From Candidatus Sericytochromatia bacterium (GTDB lineage: Bacteria > Cyanobacteriota > Sericytochromatia > S15B-MN24 > JAQBPE01): 64,000 bases of DNA. Location: assembly GCA_035285125.1 (NCBI GenBank), contig JAYKHR010000155.1, positions 49,323-113,322 on the forward strand, read 5' to 3'. The notes under the pieces are model-generated. The model did not search any database and had not been told where the DNA came from. It saw only the letters and a list, made by a program, of their open reading frames with translations. Both the position numbers and the translations under genes were made by a program. Of the stretch, positions 20,524 to 29,842 are shown piece by piece (the stretch's first letter is position 1; every line of letters begins with the position of its first letter).

Positions 20524-23500
20524 ATGCCCCTTCGACGCTCCCTCCCGACCTCCCTGGCAGCCCTGCTGGCCGCAACGCTGGCCACCGCCCCCCCGGCGGC
20601 GGCGGCGGCCGGGGGCACGCCAGCGGCCGAGGTCCGGAGCCCCGCCTCGGACCAGGCCTGGTGGAGCAGGCTGCAGCAGCTGATGGACCGGGGGGCCTTC
20701 CCTGCCGCCGAGGCTGAGTTGCAGGCCGCCGTGCGCGAGCACGGACGCGGTGGGGCCGAGGCCGACAGGCTGGCGTACTGGCTCGGGTGGTGTCAGCGGC
20801 GCACGGAGCAGCCGCGCCCCGCGCTGGCGACCCTGGTGACGGTGCCTGCGGCCTCGCGCTGGCACGTGAAGGCCTTGGAGGAGCGGGCGGCCATCTCGCG
20901 GGCGCTCGGCGACGACGACGCGGCGATCGCCCTCTACGAGCAGCTGCTGGGCCTGCTCAGCGAGGACCGCAAGGACCCGACGCGCGCGGCCCTCGCAGAC
21001 CTCTACTTCACCAGCGGCCAGTACCCCCGGGCCCAGTCGCTCTACCTGACGCTGGCCAACACCTACGGCCCCCACCAGGAGCGGGCCATGTTCGCGTGGG
21101 GCTGGACGTTGCTGCGTCTGAAACAGGAAGACGCCGCGGTGAACATCTGGAAGCAGGCCCTCGAGAAGTTCCCCACCAGCAGGTTCGGCCACGCCGTGCG
21201 GCTGGCGCTGGGCAACATGATGTGGGCCCGCGGCGACCACCTCTCGGCCAGCACCTACTACAACGAGGCCGCCCGGCAGGGCCGCCAGGGTGCCGGGGGC
21301 GGCCCGGACGAGGCGCTGATGGCCCGCGCCGAGCTCCTCGCCGGAGAGGCCTATGCGGACGACAAAGACTACGCGCTCGCCCTGAGCCACTACCGGGCGG
21401 TGCCGTCCGACAGCCCCCTGCTCGAGCCCGCCGCGTACGGGACGGCCTGGGCCACGTGGCAGCAAGGCAAGTTCGCGGAAGCCCGACAGCTGTTCACCGC
21501 CTGGCTTGACCGCTACCCGCGGAGCAACTACCGGGCGGCTGCCCTCTACGCCCTCGGCATCGTCGAACGCGAACTCGGTGATGAGGCAGCAGGCCTCGAC
21601 CACCTCCGCCTGGTGTCGCGCGTCGCCCCCCGCTCGAGCTGGTCGGAGGATGCCCTGTACGTGCTGGTGCGCGCCGCCTTCCGCGCGAATGACGGCGAAA
21701 CGGCGGTCTCCCTCGGGCGCCGGCTCGAGCTGCAGTTCCCCAGGAGCCGATGGCTCGGCCCGGTGCTCTGGATGCGCGGCGAGGCGCATCTCGCGGCGGG
21801 AGACTGGGGCGACGCCGTGAGGGCCTACACGCAGCTGTCGGTGCTCGGGAACCTGGCCTTCCTGGCCGGCCAGGCCGAAGAGGTAGACTACAAGATCGGC
21901 ATTGCCCACTTCTATGCCGGCACCTACCCCGAGGCTGCGCGGGTGTTGGAGGGCGTGACGGGCGGCCCGCTGGTGCCAGACGCGACGTTCTGGGGGGGCG
22001 AGGCGCGCTACAGGTTGGGGCAGTACGACTCGGCCCGGGCGCAGTTCCAGCGGCTGCTCACGCAGCATCCCGATCACCCCAAGGTGCCCGAGGCCTGGTA
22101 CGGGCTCGGCTGGTCCTGCCATCAGTTGAACGACATGGCCGGCGCCCGCGCAGCCTTCACGGAGGCCGCACGGCGGCTGCCCGAGGGCCGGATGCGCCAG
22201 GACGCGGCCTACAGGTTGGGGCTGGTGCTGGTCGAGCTCAAGGAATGGGAGCAGGCCCGCAAGGCCCTGCAGGCCCTGCTCGACGGTCAGGTGGCGCCCA
22301 ACGTCGCGGCCGACGCGCGGTTCCAGATAGCCTGGAGCCTGTATCGCCAGGACCGGCACGCCGAGGCCGCCGAGGCCTTCGCGGCGGTGGCGGAGGCGCC
22401 CGGTGCGGGCGAAAGGGCGGCGCGGGCCCTGCTCTGGCAGGGGCGCGCGTGGTTCCTCCTGAAGCGCCTGCCGGACGCCATCCGGGCACTGAAGCTCGCC
22501 ACCGAGCACCCCGCGGCGACAGCGCAGTTGAGGCTCGAAGCCAGCCAGCAGCTGGCCGCAGCCCACTTCAACAGCGGCCACTACGACGAGGCCAGGCAGA
22601 TCTACGAGGGCCTGCTCGGGGGTGGCGATCTGCCCCCGGAACATGTCGCCGACTTGCGTCACGAGGTCGTGCAGGCGCTGCTCAAGGCCGGACGCTTCCA
22701 GCAAGCCCGGGCCGAGTTGCTCAAGGGCGGCCCACCGCGGGAGGCTGACCAGGCGTCGTGGCTCGACATCGCGCGTGGCCTGCGGGAGCAGCGCGCCTGG
22801 GACGAGGTCATCGAGACGCAGCGCACCTGCGGGGAGGTCAGCCCACCACAACTCCGGCTGTGGGCGGGGCAGGCGCTCGTCGAGAAGAAGAGCTGGGCCG
22901 ATGCCCTGTCGGTGCTCGGGCCCCTCCGTGAGGCCAACGACGGCGAGCTCCGGGCCCAGGCCATCTACCAGGTTGCCCGTGCCGCGCGCGGCGCGGGCAA
23001 CCTCGCTGACGCGCGCATCCAGCTGCTGGCCCTGGCCGACGGCTATCCGGCCTCCGAGATCGGCGCCCAGGCCCTGCGAGAAGCCGCCGACGTGGCCCGC
23101 GAGCAACGGGAGCCAGCGCAGGCCCAGGCGCTCCTACGGCGGCTCGCCGAGACGCGGGCCTACCCGGCCGAGCGCCGGCAGCAGGCCTGGATGGACCTCG
23201 GCGACATGCACCGGGGCGCCAAGCAGTGGGGCCCGGCGCTGCTCGCCTACCGCGGCGCCCGGGGGCTGGGGCAGCCTGGCTCCGTGGCGTCGGCGCTCGG
23301 TGGCTACTGGGCCGGCAGCGTGCTGGTGGAGATGCGCCAGTTCAAGGAGGCGGTGCGCGAGCTGTCCACGATCAAGCCGCCTGAGGGGGCCGAGCCCCTG
23401 CCTGCCCTGATCGGGCTGAAGCACGGCGAGGCGCTTGAGCAGCTGGAACGCTGGCGGGAGGCCGCTGAGATCTACGCGAAGCTGGCGCGGGGGGCGGCAT

Positions 23501-23574
23501 CGCCTGAGAGCAAGGACGCCAAGGACCGGCTTGCTTGGATCCTCGAGAACGTCCCCCCGGAGAGCCGCCGATGA
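20524..23574 (+). CDS. Large secreted TPR-repeat protein (~1016 aa)
   Basis: Signal peptide; many TPRs of YfiO/CpoB type (e.g. YPRS..AAALY.LG, HPDHPKVPEAWY); TGCTATAAT upstream. Confidence 0.88.
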   Translation: MPLRRSLPTSLAALLAATLATAPPAAAAAGGTPAAEVRSPASDQAWWSRLQQLMDRGAFPAAEAELQAAVREHGRGGAEADRLAYWLGWCQRRTEQPRPALATLVTVPAASRWHVKALEERAAISRALGDDDAAIALYEQLLGLLSEDRKDPTRAALADLYFTSGQYPRAQSLYLTLANTYGPHQERAMFAWGWTLLRLKQEDAAVNIWKQALEKFPTSRFGHAVRLALGNMMWARGDHLSASTYYNEAARQGRQGAGGGPDEALMARAELLAGEAYADDKDYALALSHYRAVPSDSPLLEPAAYGTAWATWQQGKFAEARQLFTAWLDRYPRSNYRAAALYALGIVERELGDEAAGLDHLRLVSRVAPRSSWSEDALYVLVRAAFRANDGETAVSLGRRLELQFPRSRWLGPVLWMRGEAHLAAGDWGDAVRAYTQLSVLGNLAFLAGQAEEVDYKIGIAHFYAGTYPEAARVLEGVTGGPLVPDATFWGGEARYRLGQYDSARAQFQRLLTQHPDHPKVPEAWYGLGWSCHQLNDMAGARAAFTEAARRLPEGRMRQDAAYRLGLVLVELKEWEQARKALQALLDGQVAPNVAADARFQIAWSLYRQDRHAEAAEAFAAVAEAPGAGERAARALLWQGRAWFLLKRLPDAIRALKLATEHPAATAQLRLEASQQLAAAHFNSGHYDEARQIYEGLLGGGDLPPEHVADLRHEVVQALLKAGRFQQARAELLKGGPPREADQASWLDIARGLREQRAWDEVIETQRTCGEVSPPQLRLWAGQALVEKKSWADALSVLGPLREANDGELRAQAIYQVARAARGAGNLADARIQLLALADGYPASEIGAQALREAADVAREQREPAQAQALLRRLAETRAYPAERRQQAWMDLGDMHRGAKQWGPALLAYRGARGLGQPGSVASALGGYWAGSVLVEMRQFKEAVRELSTIKPPEGAEPLPALIGLKHGEALEQLERWREAAEIYAKLARGAASPESKDAKDRLAWILENVPPESRR

Positions 23575-25145
23575 GAACCAGCCGCTTGTTCTGGGCCGCC
23601 TGCACCGCGGCCGTCACCGCAAGCTGGGGCGCCACGGCGCAGGCCGAGGAAGGCCCGTCTCAGGCCGAGAAGCTGCCCGTCCAGCTGCCGACTGTCACGG
23701 TGCAGGGCGATGACCGCTCGCGACCCGATGCGGGTGGCACGGCCCGCCTGACGCCCTCCAACGACGTGCGGGACAGCCGCGTGCGGCTGCCCGACCCGGC
23801 ACAGCGCCGCGCGACGGCAGAGGAGGCCAAGGGCCTGATGGTCTCCGTCACCCCCTCGACGGTGGAAGCCCCGGCACCGCTGCCGTCGCCGCGGATGCCC
23901 TTCACGAGCATCACCGGCGGCTGGGGCCCGCCGCTGCAGTACCGGGCCGGCCTCTATGACGCCCGCTGGCTCGGGCCCGTGCTGGCCCTCAGCGAGCTGG
24001 AGAGCCAGAGCGGGATGGGCTGGGTCGGCCTGCGCGGCCGCGAGTGGCTCGACTGGCCGGGCCTGGGACGGGTGGGAGGCCTGGGAGAGACCTTCGGCTG
24101 GGAGGTAGACAGCCTGCGAGGGGGGCAGTCGGCCTGGGCCATCGCCCTCGATCTGGGACAGTCGAGCACCTGGACGGGCACGCTGCGGCATGACCGCGGC
24201 GCGGCGAGCGTGACGGGGGGCGCGGAGCTGCTCGTGGCACGCACGGGCGCCCACACGGAGTGGCGCCCCACCGGATTCGCGAGCGACCACCAACCACTCG
24301 TCGCCCTGACGGCGCAGCACCGCGTCTGGGGCCGCCAGGCGGGCGCAGAGGCCTACTTGCGGCTGGCCGATCGGTGGACGCTCACGGACAGCCTGGCCAT
24401 GGAGTGGGGCCTCGGCGGCGGCCACTGGGGGCGCGAGCCCATCCTCGACCCGTCCTTCACCTTCCATTACCGCCCCTCGGTGCTCACGCACCTCTTTGCG
24501 GGCCTCAAGGCAGCCAGCGAGCTGCCCGACTTCGACGGGCTCTACCTGCGGCGCCCGGCGACGGCCCCGAACGACGACCTGAACGCTGAGCGCGTCGAGG
24601 GCTGGGCCGAACTGGGCGGCAGCCACCGCCTCTCCGAGCGCCTCTGGGTGCGCGTGACGGGGGACGTGCGGCGCAGCTGGCGGCACATCTTCTGGGCGGA
24701 CCCCGAGCGCGACGGGCTGTGGGTGCCCCTCAACGCAGCGGGCGAGCAGTGGTCGCCGCGCGTGGACGCCCAGGTCCAGCTCGAGTGGAAACCCCGGTTG
24801 CAGCAGACGCTGCGCTACCGGGGGCGCACGACACTTCCTTTGGGCACCACCGAGCACCGGGTGTCCACGGGGCTCGAGGCCTCGCTGCCCGGCCCCGGCG
24901 GCTCACCCATTGCAGCCACGGCCTCGCTGGCCTGGCAGCAGGCGACGCTGTCCGCGCTCCAGCTGCCTGGCGGCGGGGCCGCGACGGGGCTCTTCGCAGA
25001 GGCCGACTTTCGCTTCCCCCTCACGGCTGACCTCGCCCTCGGGTTGCGTGCCGCCGACCTGCCCCTCTTGCTCCAGCAGCCCAGCGCCAGAAACTACTTC
25101 GCCCCGGCGCCGCTCCTGACAGCCTATGCCCAGTACCAGTTCTGA
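23571..25145 (+). CDS. Outer-membrane beta-barrel, TonB-dependent-receptor-like
   Basis: Signal peptide, TonB-box-like LPTVTVQG, PDFDGLY...NDDLNAE motif, C-terminal AYAQYQF; ATGA overlap with the TPR gene. Confidence 0.72.
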   Translation: MRTSRLFWAACTAAVTASWGATAQAEEGPSQAEKLPVQLPTVTVQGDDRSRPDAGGTARLTPSNDVRDSRVRLPDPAQRRATAEEAKGLMVSVTPSTVEAPAPLPSPRMPFTSITGGWGPPLQYRAGLYDARWLGPVLALSELESQSGMGWVGLRGREWLDWPGLGRVGGLGETFGWEVDSLRGGQSAWAIALDLGQSSTWTGTLRHDRGAASVTGGAELLVARTGAHTEWRPTGFASDHQPLVALTAQHRVWGRQAGAEAYLRLADRWTLTDSLAMEWGLGGGHWGREPILDPSFTFHYRPSVLTHLFAGLKAASELPDFDGLYLRRPATAPNDDLNAERVEGWAELGGSHRLSERLWVRVTGDVRRSWRHIFWADPERDGLWVPLNAAGEQWSPRVDAQVQLEWKPRLQQTLRYRGRTTLPLGTTEHRVSTGLEASLPGPGGSPIAATASLAWQQATLSALQLPGGGAATGLFAEADFRFPLTADLALGLRAADLPLLLQQPSARNYFAPAPLLTAYAQYQF

Positions 25146-25169
25146 GGCCACCGTGCCTGGGAGGCTCCC

Positions 25170-26099
25170 GTGACCCCCTCCGAGCGCCCCGCGCGCAACG
25201 TGCACCCCGGCAGCGCCTATGCCCGCCGCAAGGGGCTCTCGGGGTACGGCGGGGGCGCCGGGCGGGCCCGCCGGAAGGCCCCCGTCGTGCGCGGGGCCGA
25301 TCCCCAGTTCCGCTGGACCGCGCGGGGGGTGTCGCTCGGCCTCCACGTCCTGGTGGCGGCGCTGCTGCTGGCCGTGGGCCCGCTACAGCCGGCCCCACCC
25401 GAACAGGCCCGCAAGCCCGTCACGGTGGTCGAGGTCGAGTTCGTGGACTTGCCGGCCCCTCGCCCCGCCAAGGCTGCCGCCCCGGCCCCCGCCACCAAGG
25501 TGGCCAAGGCGGCCGAGCCTCCGGCCCCGGTTCGGCCCGTGCCGGAGCCCCGCCCCGAGGTGGCGGCCCGCCCAAAGCCAGCGGCGCGGCGGGTGGCGCG
25601 GCCTGTCCCGCAGACCCGGCCGCAGCCCGTGCGGGAGGCCCCCCAGCTCGTGTCCCGCCCAGCCCCGCCCAAGCCGGACCTCCGGCAACTCGCGGCCGCT
25701 CGACGCCGCGGCGCCGAGACAGACCCGGCAGCCCGGCTGGCCGCCCTGCGTCAGGGCGTGGCGGATCCCAACACGGCCCCTGGGGCCTCTCGGCCCGGCG
25801 GCCAACCCTCCGTCACCCAGGCAGCGCCCTACGGCGATCTGGCCGGGCGAGGCGTCGCCTACGCCCCCAGGCCCACCTACCCCGCCGCCGCCCAGGAGCA
25901 AGCCCTGGAGGGCCGCGTGAGCGTTCAGGTGTTCGTCAGCCCCGAGGGCCGCGTGCTGGAGGCCCGGGTCTCAGAGTCCTCCGGCTATCCGGCGATTGAC
26001 CGGGCGGCGCTCACGGCGGCCGGACGCTACCGGTTCGTGCGGCGAGAGGGGACGCAGACCGAACAGGGCGTCATCCCCTTCGACTTCCGCATCGACTGA
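25170..26099 (+). CDS. TonB family energy transducer
   Basis: TM SLGLH, Pro-rich spacer, PTYP...EGRV...SSGYPAIDRAA...F. Confidence 0.9.
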   Translation: MTPSERPARNVHPGSAYARRKGLSGYGGGAGRARRKAPVVRGADPQFRWTARGVSLGLHVLVAALLLAVGPLQPAPPEQARKPVTVVEVEFVDLPAPRPAKAAAPAPATKVAKAAEPPAPVRPVPEPRPEVAARPKPAARRVARPVPQTRPQPVREAPQLVSRPAPPKPDLRQLAAARRRGAETDPAARLAALRQGVADPNTAPGASRPGGQPSVTQAAPYGDLAGRGVAYAPRPTYPAAAQEQALEGRVSVQVFVSPEGRVLEARVSESSGYPAIDRAALTAAGRYRFVRREGTQTEQGVIPFDFRID

Positions 26100-26112
26100 G
26101 CGCCACGCGCCC

Positions 26113-26325
26113 TCACATCCCCTCTTCGCCCTCAGCGCCCTCCTCGGGCGCGGCGGCCTGCTGGATGCCGAGCATTTTGCGCGTCTCGGCGATGGTCTGC
26201 GTCACACCCTTCGGGTCCGACTTGTAGACCAAGTAGCCCGAACCCGCGCAGACGCCCATTCCGAACACGATCAGAAGGAAGGCGCCAAACCAGGAGGGCC
26301 CAGCTTGCTCATTGGATGCGGCCAT
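26113..26325 (-). CDS. Small single-TM protein
   Basis: 70 aa, GAGG RBS, hydrophobic segment and acidic tail. Confidence 0.7.
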   Translation of the reverse strand: MAASNEQAGPSWFGAFLLIVFGMGVCAGSGYLVYKSDPKGVTQTIAETRKMLGIQQAAAPEEGAEGEEGM

Positions 26326-26408
26326 GGCGACACCTCAGGACAAACGACAGTCTCCGAGGGTCTCATACCCAACCAGACTGCCGCGCTAGCAGCCCGGGAG
26401 GCGACGCT

Positions 26409-27344
26409 TCAGGTCACGAGGCTGCGCAAGCGGGCGCTGAGGTAGTCCACGGCCATCACGAGGACAATGAGCACCAGGACCGTCATCGACGCCTGCTGGT
26501 ACTGGAACATCCGGAAGTCGCTGACCATCAGGAAGCCGATGCCGCCGGCGCCGATCATCCCCAGCACCGCCGCCGCGCGGATGTTCGTCTCGAAGCGGTA
26601 CAGCAGGAAGGAGATGAAGGCCGGCATCACCTGCGGCAGCACGGCGAAGCTGAGCACCTGCCCGTAGCCGGCCCCGGTGGCACGCAGGGCCTCGACCACC
26701 CCCTCGTCGATGCCCTCGATCGCCTCGGCGAAGAGCTTCACGAGCACCGTCGCGGTGTGGAAGGCCAGCGCCAGCGTGCCCGCAAAGGGGCCGAGGCCGA
26801 TGGCCGCGACGAGCACCAGGGCCACGGCGAAGTCAGGCACCGTGCGCAGGAAGTTCGAGACGAACTTGATGACGTGGTACACCGCCACGTGGGGCGTGGT
26901 GTTGCGCGCCCCCAGGAAGGCCAGCGGGAAGGCCGCGAACACGGCCAGCACCGTGCCGGCAAGGGCCATCTGGATGGTCTGGAGCGTGGCCCCCACAATG
27001 GTCTGCGGGAAGGTGTTCTCCCACCAATAGGCCTTGGCCTGGGCCCTGGCGGCATCGAGGGGCACGGGCAGCAGCAGTTCCCGGAAGCGCACGTCGGTGG
27101 GCTTGTCGTACACCGCAGGGTCAGTCACCCGGGTCAGGTCCGGCGGCAGCATCCGGCCGAGCGTCTCCGCCATCTGGGGGGCCCCCTGGATCAGCTCAGG
27201 CACGTTGGCCCGCACGCCGGAGAAGGCCCAGCACACGAGCCAGAGGCACAGCACGGCCACCGCGAGCGGCCGGAGGTATTCGCCCCAGGGCCGACCCGGA
27301 GGGTCTGCCAGCTCGGCCTTCACACGAAGGTCAGCTTCAGCCAT
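26409..27344 (-). CDS. phnE: Phosphonate/phosphite ABC transporter permease
   Basis: TLQTIQMA, EAIE...VEALRATGA, RFETNIR, GAGGIG. Confidence 0.93.
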   Translation of the reverse strand: MAEADLRVKAELADPPGRPWGEYLRPLAVAVLCLWLVCWAFSGVRANVPELIQGAPQMAETLGRMLPPDLTRVTDPAVYDKPTDVRFRELLLPVPLDAARAQAKAYWWENTFPQTIVGATLQTIQMALAGTVLAVFAAFPLAFLGARNTTPHVAVYHVIKFVSNFLRTVPDFAVALVLVAAIGLGPFAGTLALAFHTATVLVKLFAEAIEGIDEGVVEALRATGAGYGQVLSFAVLPQVMPAFISFLLYRFETNIRAAAVLGMIGAGGIGFLMVSDFRMFQYQQASMTVLVLIVLVMAVDYLSARLRSLVT

Positions 27345-28185
27345 TGCAGGCGCCCCCCATTGCCACGGCGGGCGTGTCCTCGGCCCGGCGGTAGATGGCC
27401 TCCACGGCCTCGTCGGTGAGGGCGTCCGGGGGGCCGTCGAAGACCACCCGCCCCCCCTGGAAGCCGACGATGCGATCGGCATACCGGCGCGCCAGTTCGA
27501 GCACGTGCAGGCTGACCAGCACGGTGATGCCGTCCTCTTGAGCCACGCGCCTGAGCGTGTCCAGCACCACGACGGAAAGCTTCGGGTCGAGGGAGGCCAC
27601 CGGCTCATCCGCCAGGATCAGCGCGGGCTGCTGCATCAGCGCCCTGGCGATCGCCACCCGCTGCTGCTGCCCCCCCGAAAGCCTGTCGGCCCGCTGGTGG
27701 GCCTGAGCCAGCAACCCGACGCGTTGCAAGTTGGTCAGCGCCCGGCGCTGGTCCCGCGTGGGGAACCAGCGCAAGAGGCTGAGTGGCCCCTGGTAGCCGA
27801 GGCTGCCGGACAGCACGTTTTGCAGCACCGAAAGGCGCTTCACGAGGTTGAACTGCTGGAAGATCATCCCCACCCTGCGCCGCCAGCGCCGCAGCTGACG
27901 GTCGGACATCTTCGAGACGTCGAGCACCCCGCTGCCTGCGCCGGCCACGACCTCGGCTGGCACCTCGATGCAGCCGGCCGTCGGATCCACAAGCCTGTTG
28001 ATGCAGCGCAGGAAGGTGGACTTGCCAGCGCCAGAGAGCCCGAGGATGACGACGAACTCGCCCCGACGGAACGACAGGTTCACGTCCGTGAGAATCGCCG
28101 GGCCGCTGCCATAGGCTTTGTGCAGCCCGCGAACTTCCAGGCAGACGGACGACGGGGAGGCGGATTGACCGAGGGGGGCGGACAC
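27337..28185 (-). CDS. phnC: Phosphonate/phosphite ABC transporter ATPase
   Basis: GLSGAGKS, LSGGQQQRV, ADEPVASLDP. Confidence 0.94.
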   Translation of the reverse strand: MSAPLGQSASPSSVCLEVRGLHKAYGSGPAILTDVNLSFRRGEFVVILGLSGAGKSTFLRCINRLVDPTAGCIEVPAEVVAGAGSGVLDVSKMSDRQLRRWRRRVGMIFQQFNLVKRLSVLQNVLSGSLGYQGPLSLLRWFPTRDQRRALTNLQRVGLLAQAHQRADRLSGGQQQRVAIARALMQQPALILADEPVASLDPKLSVVVLDTLRRVAQEDGITVLVSLHVLELARRYADRIVGFQGGRVVFDGPPDALTDEAVEAIYRRAEDTPAVAMGGACNG

Positions 28186-28205
28186 GAGGAAGCGGGCTCC
28201 GGCTG

Positions 28206-29096
28206 TCAGTTCACCGTCAGGCCGACCTTGCCGAAGGCCTCACGGACGGGCTCGAAGTCGGCCGGCGCGGAGTCCACGAAGGCGTCGATGCGGTACAGGT
28301 CCCAGAGTTGCTTGCGTCCCTGCGGCGTGGCACTCATCGCCGTGAACACCCGCTTGATCTTCTGAATGGTGGCGGGCTCGAGCTGGTCGTGGACGGCGAT
28401 GAGGTCGCTGGGGATCGGCTTGCTGAAGGCGATGGGCACAATCGCCTGGGCATCCGGCGACCGTGTGAGGAACTGCGTCCAGGCGGAGTCCTCACCGCGG
28501 GTGTCGTTGGAGAAGGTCGCCGCCGCGTCCACCTTTTTGTTGAGCACGGCCAGCACCGCGGCATCGTGGCCCCCGGCGTAGATCACGCGCGTGAAGTCCC
28601 GCTCGGGGTTCACGCCGGCGTTGAGGAACATCACCTTGGGGTAAATCCCCCCGGACGTGGAAGCCGGGTCGACGAAGGCGAAGGTCTTGCCCTTGAGGTC
28701 CGCGAGTTTCTTGATGCCCGAGTCACGGTGCGCGATCACGGCCGAATAGAAGAACGCCTTGCCCTTCCGTTGGGCCTTGAGGATTACCAGCGCGTGAGCC
28801 TTCTTTTCTGCCAGCACGTAGGCGCCCGGTGCGAAGAAGGCCACGTCGAGCTTGCCCGCCCGCATGGCCTCGATGATGCCCGTGTAGTCCGTCGCCACAA
28901 AAGGGACGACCTGCACCTTGAGTTCCCGGTGGAGGGCGTCGATGACGGGACGTGTCTTCTTGAGGATGTTCTGGAGGTTCTCGGAGGGCACGAAGCCCAC
29001 GCGCAGGACCTTCGGCACGTAGGCATCCGCCGGCGCCCCATAGATGGTGGCGACCGCGAGCGCCGCCCCGGCCAAGGTGCGCAAGGCCTTCAGCAT
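28206..29096 (-). CDS. phnD: Phosphonate/phosphite/phosphate ABC substrate-binding protein
   Basis: GFVPSE, TDY, FAFVDPASTSG, GGHD; AGGAGG RBS. Confidence 0.92.
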   Translation of the reverse strand: MLKALRTLAGAALAVATIYGAPADAYVPKVLRVGFVPSENLQNILKKTRPVIDALHRELKVQVVPFVATDYTGIIEAMRAGKLDVAFFAPGAYVLAEKKAHALVILKAQRKGKAFFYSAVIAHRDSGIKKLADLKGKTFAFVDPASTSGGIYPKVMFLNAGVNPERDFTRVIYAGGHDAAVLAVLNKKVDAAATFSNDTRGEDSAWTQFLTRSPDAQAIVPIAFSKPIPSDLIAVHDQLEPATIQKIKRVFTAMSATPQGRKQLWDLYRIDAFVDSAPADFEPVREAFGKVGLTVN

Positions 29097-29234
29097 CGAG
29101 AACAACCTCCTGAGGGGCTCCAGACCTGGCCGACCGTGAATCTGTCGGAACAGACCGGCAGGTTTGAGGGATTATACCCGACGCCTGGGCATTTTGGCCG
29201 TCAAGGGATCCGCGTTGAGCGGCCCTCGAACGGC

Positions 29235-29258
29235 AAAGGGGAGGCCTGAAGCCTCCCC
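29235..29258 (-). terminator. Terminator-like hairpin
   Basis: GGGGAGGC/GCCTCCCC stem with a short T run on the minus strand. Confidence 0.55.
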
Positions 29259-29276
29259 GGGGTCCCCACAGAGCCC

Positions 29277-29720
29277 TCAGTCGAGCGGGTAGCCGAGGTG
29301 AGAGGCGATGGAGCGAACCAGGCTCTCGGAGCGCTGATCGCGGCCCGCATAGCGCAGCGCGCGACGCAACGCAGCCCCGGCCTCGTCGGTGTGGCTCTCG
29401 GTGTGGCAGGCGAGGGCCACCTTGATGAGCGTCATCGGCTCGATGGCGCTCGCGACGGCCCGGCGGAACGCCAGCAAGGCCTGGTCGCCGTGGCCCTGCA
29501 GCAGGTGGATGGTTGCCTTTTCGAGGTGGCGGCACGTGAGCGTGGGCATCGGGGCCTGCACGACATAGGCCGGCAAGTGGTACTCCGCGCGGCGGTAGAA
29601 AAGCGGCTGCAGTTCGCCCTGGTCTCCGTCGAACCGGAACCGGGTGGCGTTCGCGTCGACGGTGATCTCGACGGCGGCCGGGGCTTCGACGGCAACTGCA
29701 CGGAGGCGCTTGGTGGCCAT
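29277..29720 (-). CDS. Hypothetical protein with TPR-like C-terminal helices
   Basis: 147 aa; GAGAGG RBS; G..DQAL.AFRRA pattern. Confidence 0.7.
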   Translation of the reverse strand: MATKRLRAVAVEAPAAVEITVDANATRFRFDGDQGELQPLFYRRAEYHLPAYVVQAPMPTLTCRHLEKATIHLLQGHGDQALLAFRRAVASAIEPMTLIKVALACHTESHTDEAGAALRRALRYAGRDQRSESLVRSIASHLGYPLD

Positions 29721-29842
29721 AGGAAAAAACCTCTCGTTCCGATTACATCACACGTGGCCATCTTATACCGAACGGGCGTGACGCGCCCGCCACCATTGAC
29801 AAGCATTTGCCGAAGAATTAATGAGCCATTAACATGCTCGCC

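Noticed and set aside
20371..23106. 911-aa minus-strand ORF and similar long antisense ORFs (8410-10860, 12802-14988, 32296-34293)
   Set aside because: High-GC antisense shadows of recognisable genes
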